IMG/VR virus record: IMGVR_UViG_3300011434_000011
Coordinates: 1 to 41,805 of that record
Direction: 5' to 3' (one strand)
DNA: 41,805 nucleotides
From: a virus
Taxonomy: Duplodnaviria > Caudoviricetes
The notes below the pieces were generated by a model that saw only the letters and a list, made by a program, of their open reading frames with translations, was not told where the DNA came from and ran no database searches. Made by a program: the position numbers and the translations under genes. Positions 32,856-41,653 of the stretch are shown piece by piece. Numbering within the stretch: position 1 is the first letter of the stretch; each line of letters opens with the position of its first letter.

Positions 32856-33836
32856 TTAGTTGTTCGTCACGCGGCCGAGGACGTCCGTCAGCTTGCCGCA
32901 CGCCTTCTGCTGGCCGACCTCGAGGGACAGCTCTCCGAGGACGATGCCACGGGCTGCATCGCCAGCCGGAGCGAGGGGCATGTGCCCGACGGGCCGGAGG
33001 AAGGCAACACGCACCATAGCACTCTCCAAGAAGAACGCCCTGCCGGCGCTGTTCGTGGTGGCCGACGCCGTGGTGCCCTGCGGCACGAACCGGTCGAGGA
33101 TGATCGAGATCATCCCGAAGTCCGACAGGTACACGTCGATCGCGTTGTCGAGCCGGCGATCCGCCATCGCGATGTTGCGCCGGACGTTGTTGTTGACGGT
33201 GAAGGCGCTGATCTGGCGCTTGGCCTTCGAGCCGACGTACACCGAGTCCGGCTTGCCGCCGTCGGTGTAGATCTCCTCGAGGATACCGTTGAACACCGTC
33301 TCGGTGATGATCACCGCGGTGCCGGCGCCGGACCCGCCCAGCTGGGCCGAGTTCGCGTTGAACGCGTTGTCGGTAATGAAGTGCTCGAGGGTCCGCATCT
33401 CGCGGGCACCCGAGGTGGCCGACGCGGTCGCGTCGTTGGCGAAAAGCTTCGCCTCGGCGTTACGCGTGACCTCCTGCATGGCCTTCCAGGCCTGGTGGCC
33501 GTAAGCGTCGCGCATACCTGCGGCGTTGACGGCGCGCTCGGACATCGTGACAGCGAAGTCCTTACGCGGAATCCAGGTCCAGTTGAACTCACGCGACGGC
33601 GCAGTCAGCGTCGCGCCGGAGAAGTCCGCGCCTTCCACGGCTCCGGTGGTGCTCACCGCAGCCAGGGCATCCTGCAGCCACTCGTGGAGGACGTGCCGAG
33701 CGACAGTCTTCGGCGCCCGCGTTAGGAGCGGGGTGTCGGTCGGGTCGATCAGGAAGATGGTATCGAGCAGGTCCTCGCGGTTCGGGCCCTGATTGCCCGA
33801 CGGCGAGAAGAAGACTACGAGGGGCGAAGTTGCCAA
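32856..33836 (-). CDS. major capsid protein (SU10/DUF5309-like HK97 fold)
   Basis: NREDLLD.I..IDPTDTPL, HEWLQDAL, EGAD, Y.SDFG, FLRP...LA..GDA.R..VLGE.SLEV; TTG after GGAG. Confidence 0.9.
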   Translation of the reverse strand: MATSPLVVFFSPSGNQGPNREDLLDTIFLIDPTDTPLLTRAPKTVARHVLHEWLQDALAAVSTTGAVEGADFSGATLTAPSREFNWTWIPRKDFAVTMSERAVNAAGMRDAYGHQAWKAMQEVTRNAEAKLFANDATASATSGAREMRTLEHFITDNAFNANSAQLGGSGAGTAVIITETVFNGILEEIYTDGGKPDSVYVGSKAKRQISAFTVNNNVRRNIAMADRRLDNAIDVYLSDFGMISIILDRFVPQGTTASATTNSAGRAFFLESAMVRVAFLRPVGHMPLAPAGDAARGIVLGELSLEVGQQKACGKLTDVLGRVTNN

Positions 33837-33884
33837 GGGACGGTATCTCCGTTAGAGGTTAGGGTGAGGCGTTGCCGTGGGCGG

Positions 33885-34478
33885 TTACAGGATCTCTTCG
33901 AGATTCTTGTAGCGCCGCTTCATCATGCCGGGAGGCGGGGCCTCGCCGGGCAGCCACATTTCGATCAGCGGGTCGGGCCCGCCGAAGAACTTCTCGCGCA
34001 TGAAGGCGGTCGCGTCGCCCGTCTTCTCTGCCTTCTCGAGTAGCTTATCGAGCTTCTCGTCATGGGCTTCCATAGAGGTTGGGGTCACTCCTCTGCCGCC
34101 GCCGCGGCTGACGCTGCCAACGACGCCCGCGTCCTGCAGGGCCGAGGCCTGCACGTCACGCACCTGGCGCTCGCCCGCGTCCGCTGCGGCTGAAACCTGC
34201 GCCGCCCGGGAAGCCTGCCAGTTGAGGCGAGCGTACTCCGAGGCGCCCTCCGGGTCGCCCTTGACGAGCCGCTGGAAGCGCTCGAGCTTATCGGGGTGCG
34301 CGGAGAGGTAGCTGTTGATCTCGCCGGCCTCGTTGCCGAAGCGGGAGACCGCATCGGCGGTTTGGAATAGCGGGGACATCGTCTGCGAGATGCGCTCAGC
34401 AACCATGCGGTCGATGTCCGCTGCGGTCAGGCTAGGCGCGGCGCCAGTCGGTTCGCCGTAGTCGGGGTCGTTGCTCAC
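33885..34478 (-). CDS. probable capsid scaffolding protein
   Basis: Immediately upstream of MCP; helical, charged; GAGGAAG RBS. Confidence 0.6.
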   Translation of the reverse strand: MSNDPDYGEPTGAAPSLTAADIDRMVAERISQTMSPLFQTADAVSRFGNEAGEINSYLSAHPDKLERFQRLVKGDPEGASEYARLNWQASRAAQVSAAADAGERQVRDVQASALQDAGVVGSVSRGGGRGVTPTSMEAHDEKLDKLLEKAEKTGDATAFMREKFFGGPDPLIEMWLPGEAPPPGMMKRRYKNLEEIL

Positions 34479-34864
34479 TTGGCTTCTTCCTCAGCGGGCG
34501 GCTGGTAGGGGAGCGTATGGCCGTACTCCGCGATGAAGCGGTGTCTGGCCTCATCTTCATTGTGGGTGTTTTGGCGCAGCTTGTCAAGATCGAACTGGGC
34601 CACTTCACCCGACGGCCACGCGAGTAGGGCCTGGAGGGCCTTCACCCGGCCGCGGCGCTCGTCGAGCTCGGGCAGGCGGAGGAACCAGGCCAGGGTCGAG
34701 ATGGCGCCGAAGCGCTGTCGGCCCTGGCCGCTATCCATAACCAGGGCTTGCAGTTCCGCGTTCAGCTTGGCCGTGAGGGTGGGGACAACGACGTCCCGCC
34801 ACACCTCCGACGCGAGGAGCAAGCGCAGGAGCTCCGCCCTGCGCTCCGGTTCGAGCTTTTTCAT
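34475..34864 (-). CDS. hypothetical protein between portal and scaffold
   Basis: TGATG overlap with the portal stop; helical. Confidence 0.7.
   Translation of the reverse strand: MKKLEPERRAELLRLLLASEVWRDVVVPTLTAKLNAELQALVMDSGQGRQRFGAISTLAWFLRLPELDERRGRVKALQALLAWPSGEVAQFDLDKLRQNTHNEDEARHRFIAEYGHTLPYQPPAEEEAK
34559..34587 (-). promoter_or_regulatory. putative sigma-70 promoter for scaffold/capsid genes
   Basis: TTGACA-17 nt-CACAAT inside the preceding gene. Confidence 0.55.
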
Positions 34865-36735
34865 CAGGTCCCCATCATGCTCAGGCCGGTGGCGGTCGCG
34901 TCGGCCTGCTCCCCGGGCATCGGGGTCAGGCCTGCCGTGCCGGCGAAGGGCGAGGCGGGCGTCCCGCCCCCACCGATCCCCGGAGCCATGGCCATTAGGA
35001 ATTGCTGTTGGGCCGCGGTCGGCGCCAGCAGCTCGTTCACGTTCGCGAACTCGAAGGTGTTGAACAGGTCGCGGGCGAACGCCTGCCAGTTAATCATGGC
35101 CATCATCGCCGGGTTGGTCGAGAGGGCCTGCATCAGGGTCATGAGGTTCTGCTGGCGCGTGGACTTCGTCATGGTCTGCGTGGCGCCGCGGGCACGCACG
35201 TCGTAATCCATGTTGAGGTCCGCGAGCTCGACGGACAGGTTCTCGGGGGGCATCGGCTCCCCGGTGATCGGGTTGAAGATCGCGTCCTGGCCGATCATCG
35301 CAACCTGCCGCGGGACCGGGAGGAACTGCTTATTCAGCTGCCGGAACATGTCCGCCAGCGGCTCGAAGAAGCTCTCCTCGATCAGCCGGCTCTCGAGGAG
35401 TAGCCGCACCGAGACATTCTCTTGGCGCGCGAGGAACTCCCGCGCGGTCGTGCGCGACGACCCCATCTGGCCCATGACGGTGTCCTGGGTAATCCCAGAG
35501 CCCTGCTGGTACCAGCGCCACATGTTCTCGACCTCCTGCGGCACGTTCTGCAGGCCCGAGAGGTCCGGCGACAGCGTCTTGATCGCGGCGTTGATGTCGC
35601 CGTCGGCGCCGATCGCGAGCCCGGGGCGCATGAACAGCTTCCGCAGGTCGATGTTAGCGTCGCGGCTGTAGACCATCACCGGGTCGATGAACAGGTCGAG
35701 GGCGTCGAGGCGCTTGTTCGTCAGGCGGTTGACGGCGTACTGCAGCTTCTCGCCGATCTCTACCTTGCCGATGCCGTGGAAGTAGTGCGGGTCGCGGACG
35801 GGCCGGGCGTCCAGGAAGGGCTTCCGGCCGTGCCAGAACGGGTTCACGGAGTCGCGCAGGACGACGCGCCGATTCGCGACGGTGACCACGCGCTGGGTGC
35901 CCTTGCCATCGGAGGTGAACTCCGCGGGCACCCGGCCCCACATCTCGAGCAGCTCGACGGGCCGGGCGTACTTCTCCGCCCGGCGGTTCTCGTCCTCGGC
36001 AAGCGGGTTGCGCGTCAGGAACTGGCGGTTGATGTAGGTGTCGCGGACGCCGCGGGCCATGTCGTTCGACGAGATCAGCCGGTCGACGGCCTCCCGCGAG
36101 AACACGCCGGGGCCATCCGGCTTCGGCACGGCCATCTCCTTGATCTCGTCGAGGTCGAGGTAGTACCGGCGGATGACCCAGCCCATGTCCGCGATCTCGC
36201 GGTGCCCGGGCTGCGGGAAGAAGTCCAGGACGTCGACGGGCTCGAACTGCGGGCCGTCGTACATCAGCTGCCGCTCGGTGATCAGCTTCTCGCGCTTGGT
36301 CCCGCTGCCGGTGTCCTCGTACCCGCGCATCATGATGCGCTCGTACTTCGAGAGCCAGCCGACCTGGGCCACGGCAGTGCCGTAGAGGTCGGAGGTCAGC
36401 AGGATGTCCGCGGACTTCGCGAGGATCCCCGCGTCGCGCATCTGCGCGCTGATGAGCGCTTCGTTCTTGCGCGCGGACGCGACGTCCTCAGGGCCGCCGC
36501 CGACCATCGCCATGTACGGCAGGGTGCCGAGGCTGACATGCACCTTCCGCGCGACGTCCGAGAGGACCGTCGAGAGGGTCAGGGGGATGAAGACGTCGTT
36601 CCGGTAGGACTGGAAGTTGCGGCTATTCCAGCCCCGGAACGTATCGTACCACCGCGCGAAGCGGATGAACCGGGAGTTGTAGGTGTTGAACGAGTACTCG
36701 TAACGCGAGGTCACGAGCTCAGCCATACTAGGCAT
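34864..36735 (-). CDS. portal protein
   Basis: 623 aa; YGTAV..VGW, DFFP.P, VELLEMWG, NPFWHG.KPF, FHGIG, RTTARE; Gln/Met-rich tail. Confidence 0.88.
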   Translation of the reverse strand: MPSMAELVTSRYEYSFNTYNSRFIRFARWYDTFRGWNSRNFQSYRNDVFIPLTLSTVLSDVARKVHVSLGTLPYMAMVGGGPEDVASARKNEALISAQMRDAGILAKSADILLTSDLYGTAVAQVGWLSKYERIMMRGYEDTGSGTKREKLITERQLMYDGPQFEPVDVLDFFPQPGHREIADMGWVIRRYYLDLDEIKEMAVPKPDGPGVFSREAVDRLISSNDMARGVRDTYINRQFLTRNPLAEDENRRAEKYARPVELLEMWGRVPAEFTSDGKGTQRVVTVANRRVVLRDSVNPFWHGRKPFLDARPVRDPHYFHGIGKVEIGEKLQYAVNRLTNKRLDALDLFIDPVMVYSRDANIDLRKLFMRPGLAIGADGDINAAIKTLSPDLSGLQNVPQEVENMWRWYQQGSGITQDTVMGQMGSSRTTAREFLARQENVSVRLLLESRLIEESFFEPLADMFRQLNKQFLPVPRQVAMIGQDAIFNPITGEPMPPENLSVELADLNMDYDVRARGATQTMTKSTRQQNLMTLMQALSTNPAMMAMINWQAFARDLFNTFEFANVNELLAPTAAQQQFLMAMAPGIGGGGTPASPFAGTAGLTPMPGEQADATATGLSMMGT

Positions 36736-36949
36736 CAGGCGGCTCCACGATCTTGCACACGTCCCCGCAGGAGGGGCAGGGCACAGGGATGTCTGGGTCC
36801 GAGGTCGGGCCCGACCAGATGCAGCCGCATCCGACGCAGACCCACACGCACAGGGACCACATGTCTGTCAGGTTGTCAGCTCCCGGGGGAAGCAGACTCA
36901 GGGTTATCACGGCGTCCGGGAACGCTTTCTGGAACCACTTGCTCAGCAT
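36728..36949 (-). CDS. small zinc-ribbon protein
   Basis: CVGCG...CPSCG; overlaps the portal start. Confidence 0.55.
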   Translation of the reverse strand: MLSKWFQKAFPDAVITLSLLPPGADNLTDMWSLCVWVCVGCGCIWSGPTSDPDIPVPCPSCGDVCKIVEPPDA

Positions 36950-37343
36950 CGGCCACCTTTGTGCAGACGGCGCGAACGTAGACCCGGCCGTCCTTGTCGG
37001 GGGCCGGGGTCGAGCCGGCCAGAATGCGGAAGGCGCAGCGCTTCAGAGTTGCAATGGCTCCGGGGAGGAAGTAGCCCCAGGTCTTCTCGGTCCACCAGGA
37101 CCGGACCCGCGGGTCGTCGTAGGCCCCTTCGCTCTTCTCGGAGTCGAGCACGGTAACGTCGATCTCGCCGCCCATGCGCAGGACGCGCCAGGCCTCCCGC
37201 ATGAAGTGCATGCGGCAGGCGACGGTCTCCGCCAGGTCCACGACGAGGATCTTATCTATGCTCCCCGAGTCCCACGGCCAGGCGTCGTCGAGGCTGACGC
37301 CCTCCATGTCGGGCGACCCAGGCTTAAGGATGAGCTTACGCAT
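36876..37343 (-). CDS. degenerate class I SAM methyltransferase-like protein
   Basis: WPW.SGSID.I, MREAWRVL..GG, GAYDDP...W...TW.YF; lacks LNLGCG, LEH and DPTH equivalents. Confidence 0.6.
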   Translation of the reverse strand: MRKLILKPGSPDMEGVSLDDAWPWDSGSIDKILVVDLAETVACRMHFMREAWRVLRMGGEIDVTVLDSEKSEGAYDDPRVRSWWTEKTWGYFLPGAIATLKRCAFRILAGSTPAPDKDGRVYVRAVCTKVADAEQVVPESVPGRRDNPESASPGS

Positions 37344-38007
37344 TGCTGAGCAGTCTCCGGCGGAGGTTGGGCTGCACGGGCGTTCCATCGAGCATCGGTA
37401 CGATGCCCGGGTCCAGCATGTGCCAGAAGAGGCGGCGCATTAGCTGGACGTCGTTCAGGCAGTATGTGAACAGCGCGCCCCACTTCCCGGCCTGGAAGAG
37501 CTTCGGCGCGTCGGCGCCGTGGCCGCTTTTGCCGACCCCGAAGGTCCGCTTGCAGATGGCGTCCAGGTTCCAGCCGGCCTTGTCGGGAGAGCTGTTCGTC
37601 AGGATCTGCCACAGGTCGGCGTGCCGCCGGGGCAGCACGGCGTGGCCGGCCGCGCCCTGAATCAGGGGCAGGTCGAACGTCGCGCCGTTGAAGGTCACGA
37701 TGAGATCGGCGTCCTCGATGGCCTTCACCAGCTCCTCGACTTCCCGCGGGCCGTAGAGTCGGATGTCTCCTCCTCCTCTTCGGTCGCGTAGCCGTACTGG
37801 TCGTCGAACGGCTCCGAGGGGGGCTGGGGGGGCACGAAAGGGGGACCGCCCCCCGGAGTCAGCCACGGAAACGGCGCAGCCGAACCGGGAGAGGACTCCT
37901 TGAAATCCAACGGGCGACGGGTCCGTCGCCGTTTCCGTGTCGAGGAAGAGGATCTGCCAGTCGGTAGGGAGGCTAGCTCCACGAGTCTTCCCCTCGATAC
38001 GAGTCAT
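37336..38007 (-). CDS. DEDD 3'-5' exonuclease (RNase_H_2/YprB-like)
   Basis: LFLDTET, FNGATFDL, DLW, LDAI, YCLNDV; ATG 38007 after GAGG, inside the terL 3' end. Confidence 0.8.
   Translation of the reverse strand: MTRIEGKTRGASLPTDWQILFLDTETATDPSPVGFQGVLSRFGCAVSVADSGGRSPFRAPPAPLGAVRRPVRLRDRRGGGDIRLYGPREVEELVKAIEDADLIVTFNGATFDLPLIQGAAGHAVLPRRHADLWQILTNSSPDKAGWNLDAICKRTFGVGKSGHGADAPKLFQAGKWGALFTYCLNDVQLMRRLFWHMLDPGIVPMLDGTPVQPNLRRRLLSNA
37725..37982 (-). CDS. putative overprinted 85-aa disordered protein nested in the exonuclease gene
   Basis: GAGGGG RBS, GTG overlapping the terL end; preferred codons in this frame over 37762-37850. Confidence 0.45.
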   Translation of the reverse strand: MELASLPTGRSSSSTRKRRRTRRPLDFKESSPGSAAPFPWLTPGGGPPFVPPQPPSEPFDDQYGYATEEEEETSDSTARGKSRSW

Positions 38008-39637
38008 AGAGGCCTCGGAGGTCATTGTCATCCATTGCTCCCGGTTTGAGGACGTCGTCGCCAGGCTGCCGCGGAAGCGGCGGGGCCTCGCCATCGCGCC
38101 CTCTGTACGGGCGGTACACTTGGGGGTGGAACACGTCGGCCGCGGCATCGGCCCAGTCGTCGTGGGCAGAGATGCCGATGCGTGCCATCTGCCACATGAG
38201 CGGGCGCAGGCCCGGGGCGTCGCGCAGGAGGAAGACGTGGCCGTCGATCCAGTAGCCTGAGGCCTCGATGATGCGCGTGACCTTCTTCTTGTTGGGCGGC
38301 CGGCGGATCTCGAGGAAGGGCGGCAGGTGCATGTCGTGGTCGGCGAAGCACGTCTTCAGGTGGGCGTGCCAGACGCCCGCCTTGCCGCCGACGCCGACTT
38401 CATCGGTCATCCAGCGCACGCGCCGCGGCCACCGGCGGTACCTCTGCACGAGTTCGACCAGCTTCTCCACGAGGTCCTCGATGCGCCACTTGTTCGAGCC
38501 GTAGCCCTCGAGGAAGTATACGTTCCCCGTATCCGCATGGTGCCCCCAGACCTGGACGACGGTCTCGTCCCCGCGCCCTGCGCGCTCCGGGTCCTTGAAC
38601 GCGGTATCCATGTGGATCGTGTAGGTCAGGTTCTTCGGCAGGTCCTGCTTGCCGACGAGGATGGCCTGGATCTGCTCCATCGTCAGGGGCACCAAGTCCG
38701 AAGAGCCCGGGCGCAACAGGCACTGGGCGGCGTAGTTGGTGGGGGACTTCCGGTTGAAGTCGTCGAGCTCAGCCTGCGGCCAGAACAGGGGCATCAGCGA
38801 GACGCCGTCCTCCCGCGCGGCCGGCATGAAGTACAGGTCCCACTTGCCCTTCGGGCTGATGTGGAAGGCGTACTCGGGCGGCAGGTCGTAGCCGAAGTGC
38901 CGGCGGATGCCATCCTGGGTGATGGCGTTCGACACGACATCGCCGTCGCAGTAGGGGGTGGCGCAGACGAACATGAGGCTGTCGTTCAGCAGGGCGGGGA
39001 ACAAGCCGATCACGTGGTTGTTCGCGACCTCGATCCAGTTCCCCTCCTCCCGGAGCTTGTCGATCGTGATTGGGTCGTCTAGCCAGAGGAAGTCGGGGTG
39101 CTTGCCGGTGATGCCGACCTCGACGCCCGTGGTGTCGATTGAGGCCTCGGAGCGGTTGATCCGCCGTGCCGCGTGGGTGAACCGGGCCTTGGTCCACGGC
39201 TCGGTGCCCTTCCAGTTGCCGAAGAGCCAGGTGTAGAGGGCGTACGGGTCCTTGTCCTCGTAGATGACCTTGATGGTACCGGCGAACTCAATGGCGTCCG
39301 CGACTGTCGCGCAGTCGATGACGCTGACCAAGTCGGGGTGGCGCAGGCTGAGCCAGAGCATGAGGGCCTTGCCCACGACGCTCTTGCCGCTGCCTCGCGC
39401 GGCATCGAGGAGGACGTAGAAGCGGCGCATCGGGGTCTCGCCCCGGCGCATGGCTTCCCACTCGTAGATGGTCTCCTCGATCCAGGCGCACAGGGGCTTG
39501 TGGAGGTCCTCCGAGAACTTCGTGCCGTTCGGGGGCGGGGAGTTTGAGACCCCGTACGCGTAGCGCAGGAACGGCCAGAAGTGGTGGGCGCAGGCGTCCG
39601 CCAGCAGCTCGCGCTCGAGGGCGCAGTTCCAGCTCAT
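37973..39637 (-). CDS. terL: terminase large subunit
   Basis: Walker A ARGSGKS, ITGKHPD, Walker B LWLDDP, ATPY, nuclease IHMDTA..DET..HDDWADA. Confidence 0.92.
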   Translation of the reverse strand: MSWNCALERELLADACAHHFWPFLRYAYGVSNSPPPNGTKFSEDLHKPLCAWIEETIYEWEAMRRGETPMRRFYVLLDAARGSGKSVVGKALMLWLSLRHPDLVSVIDCATVADAIEFAGTIKVIYEDKDPYALYTWLFGNWKGTEPWTKARFTHAARRINRSEASIDTTGVEVGITGKHPDFLWLDDPITIDKLREEGNWIEVANNHVIGLFPALLNDSLMFVCATPYCDGDVVSNAITQDGIRRHFGYDLPPEYAFHISPKGKWDLYFMPAAREDGVSLMPLFWPQAELDDFNRKSPTNYAAQCLLRPGSSDLVPLTMEQIQAILVGKQDLPKNLTYTIHMDTAFKDPERAGRGDETVVQVWGHHADTGNVYFLEGYGSNKWRIEDLVEKLVELVQRYRRWPRRVRWMTDEVGVGGKAGVWHAHLKTCFADHDMHLPPFLEIRRPPNKKKVTRIIEASGYWIDGHVFLLRDAPGLRPLMWQMARIGISAHDDWADAAADVFHPQVYRPYRGRDGEAPPLPRQPGDDVLKPGAMDDNDLRGLYDSYRGEDSWS

Positions 39638-40074
39638 TGGGTGTGGGGCGGGATGTCGCGCGAGACCGCCGTCTCGATCAGGCCGCGCCACTTCGCGGTC
39701 CTCTTGTCGCCGAAGAACTTGTCGTCCAGGAGCTGGGTCAGGGACGCGACCATGGCCTCCTCGATCGCGGGGCTGAAGCGCTCGAGGTAGCGCGACAGCA
39801 CAACGTGGATCAGCTCATGCAGGACTCCGGGGAGGTAGCCGAAGCGCCCGAGGTCGACGACGACGTGGACCCACTGGACCCTGTCGCGGACGATGGTGTA
39901 TGTAGAGATGGCGTTGGCCTGCTGGGCCGGCGGGATCGGCCGGAACGTCACGACGACGGAGGGCGAGGCCAGGATCTCCTCGCAGCGCCGGAGGAGGATG
40001 ACCGGCGTGATCCGGGGGTCGTACCGCTCGGGCCGCCATTGGATGCGCCGGCCGTGGCTGCCGCCGTTAGCCAC
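39634..40074 (-). CDS. HExxH zincin-like metalloprotein
   Basis: VLHELIHVVL...IEEA; coupled to terS and terL. Confidence 0.6.
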   Translation of the reverse strand: MANGGSHGRRIQWRPERYDPRITPVILLRRCEEILASPSVVVTFRPIPPAQQANAISTYTIVRDRVQWVHVVVDLGRFGYLPGVLHELIHVVLSRYLERFSPAIEEAMVASLTQLLDDKFFGDKRTAKWRGLIETAVSRDIPPHTQ

Positions 40075-40657
40075 GGGCTGGCTCCGGGGAGGCTGCCAGG
40101 TGGGGCTTCGCGCGCGCGATCGCGGCCGTGACGACGGAGTCGGAGCAGCAGTCGATGAGGCGTGCCAGGCGGACGATCTTGTCGGCGTCCGAGAGCGGGG
40201 CCGGCGGGCCGAGGTGCTCCGAGGGGCGGTAGCGCTCCTGGAGCTCGGTCAGCAGCTTGATGGCCGGGACGCGCAGCGACGGGTGGCCTGAGGCGACGAG
40301 GTCGGTTAGCGAGGTCAGCAGGGCCTGGATCGTCATGCCCGAGGAGCCGTCAGCCCGGAGCTGGACGCCAGCCGTGGGCGCGGCGAAGGCGGCGGCTGCC
40401 GCTGCGACGGGATCGGGGGTCGAGGCGACGATGTCGGCGACCTGGGCAGCCGTGGGCGGGATCCGGCCGGTCAGGATCGGGGCCAGCTCGGGGTTCTCCC
40501 GGGCAAACATGGTCTTGTACTTGGCGATCGTCGCCCGGGAGATGTTCAGGCGATCCGCTATGTCCTGATCTGTCATCGAGGTACGGTGCCGCGAGGTCAG
40601 GAGGTCGAAGAGTTTGATGCGCTCGTCCTTGGTCAGCCGCTTACCGTTGCCCGCCAT
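40067..40657 (-). CDS. probable terminase small subunit (N-terminal HTH)
   Basis: MTDQDIADRLNISRATIAKYK HTH; first late gene; AAGGAG RBS. Confidence 0.65.
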   Translation of the reverse strand: MAGNGKRLTKDERIKLFDLLTSRHRTSMTDQDIADRLNISRATIAKYKTMFARENPELAPILTGRIPPTAAQVADIVASTPDPVAAAAAAFAAPTAGVQLRADGSSGMTIQALLTSLTDLVASGHPSLRVPAIKLLTELQERYRPSEHLGPPAPLSDADKIVRLARLIDCCSDSVVTAAIARAKPHLAASPEPARG

Positions 40658-40695
40658 TCCGCTCCTTCCGTGTGGGGGATATGCCCCTGATAGAC

Positions 40696-40725
40696 ATTGT
40701 ATCTGGCCTGGGTCATTTCCGTCAA
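40696..40725 (-). promoter_or_regulatory. sigma-70 promoter of the late operon
   Basis: TTGACG-18 nt-TACAAT in an AT-rich patch upstream of terS. Confidence 0.7.
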
Positions 40726-40782
40726 TAGGTAGCTTACACACACGTCCCCTCGGGGGGTGCCCCCCAGCCCCTAGCCCTCCGC

Positions 40783-40958
40783 TTGGCACGCCCCTTGCCT
40801 AAGCAACGCTCATGCCGCAGCCTCTGGCATGCGCCTTGCTCCACGCCCCCACCCCGCAGCCCTTGGTGCATTTTGCCCGACGTGCAATTGCAAAGCGCCC
40901 AGCGCGCGCACCCTGGTGCGTTGCGGCGCAACGAGTTACGGGCGGCACGAAGCTTGCA
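40783..40958 (+). promoter_or_regulatory. cluster of sigma-54-like -24/-12 elements with IHF-like site
   Basis: TTGGCACG-CCCC-TTGCC (40783), CTGGCATG-CGCC-TTGCT (40824), CGGCACG-AAGC-TTGCA (40943) on +; CGGCATG-AGCG-TTGCT (40802-40817) on -; CAA-CGAG-TTA at 40929. Confidence 0.65.
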
Positions 40959-41013
40959 GTGCAGAGTGGCGAGGGCGGCGCGATGGTGCGCCGCTCAACG
41001 CGGAGAAGCGGCG

Positions 41014-41133
41014 ATGAACCTGTCAGAATACGCGACACTGTGGTCAAAGGCCTTGGCGTACTTGCGCTGCGGCAAGATCGAGGCAGCCTCGCGTTGGGCG
41101 CAACTGCTCGTCGACGCGCTCCGGCGCCGATAG
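41014..41133 (+). CDS. first early gene, 39-aa helical peptide
   Basis: GGAG RBS; MNLSEYATLWSKALAYLRCGKIEAASRWAQLLVDALRRR. Confidence 0.55.
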   Translation: MNLSEYATLWSKALAYLRCGKIEAASRWAQLLVDALRRR

Positions 41134-41160
41134 TCTCACTATCAAGTAAGGGAGAAGGCA

Positions 41161-41337
41161 ATGATTCACCAGAAACTTTCAAGCGCTGTACGATACGCGC
41201 AATCCCTCGCGAACCGTCACGGCATGGCTTACACCGTGGTCTGCGCCAGCACGAGCGGCGGGCTTTACCGTGTCCGCGTCGGCGACGTGCTCCGCTCTGC
41301 GCAGTATGGCGTGCTCGTTCACCCACAGAAAGGCTAG
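41161..41337 (+). CDS. hypothetical protein (58 aa)
   Basis: AAGGGAG RBS; MIHQKLSSAVRYAQSLANRHGMAYTVV...; not in the ORF track. Confidence 0.6.
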   Translation: MIHQKLSSAVRYAQSLANRHGMAYTVVCASTSGGLYRVRVGDVLRSAQYGVLVHPQKG

Positions 41338-41455
41338 CCCCATGTACCGCTTCACTTGTTCCTGCAACTCTGAACCTGGAGAGACTCCTACCGTTGGGGC
41401 CATGAGTCCGGGTGCCCGGACTCCCTGGCCGCGCCCCGCGATTGGAGATAGCCCC

Positions 41456-41653
41456 ATGAATCATTCCCGCCTTTGGCTGGCCGCGATCCTTGCGGCCGTT
41501 GCAGCTTGCGCTCCCCGCACGTGCATTACGCCCGAACCTACGATCGACCTTAGTGCCGCGCAAGGCCTTACGGCCGGCACGCCGTATGCACTCGTCGACA
41601 CTGTCAACGGCGCTCCGATGATCGACGGCATTCCAGAATGTGAGGCAAGATGA
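41456..41653 (+). CDS. small lipoprotein
   Basis: GGAG RBS; MNHSRLWLAAILAAVAA-C lipobox-like signal. Confidence 0.65.
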   Translation: MNHSRLWLAAILAAVAACAPRTCITPEPTIDLSAAQGLTAGTPYALVDTVNGAPMIDGIPECEAR

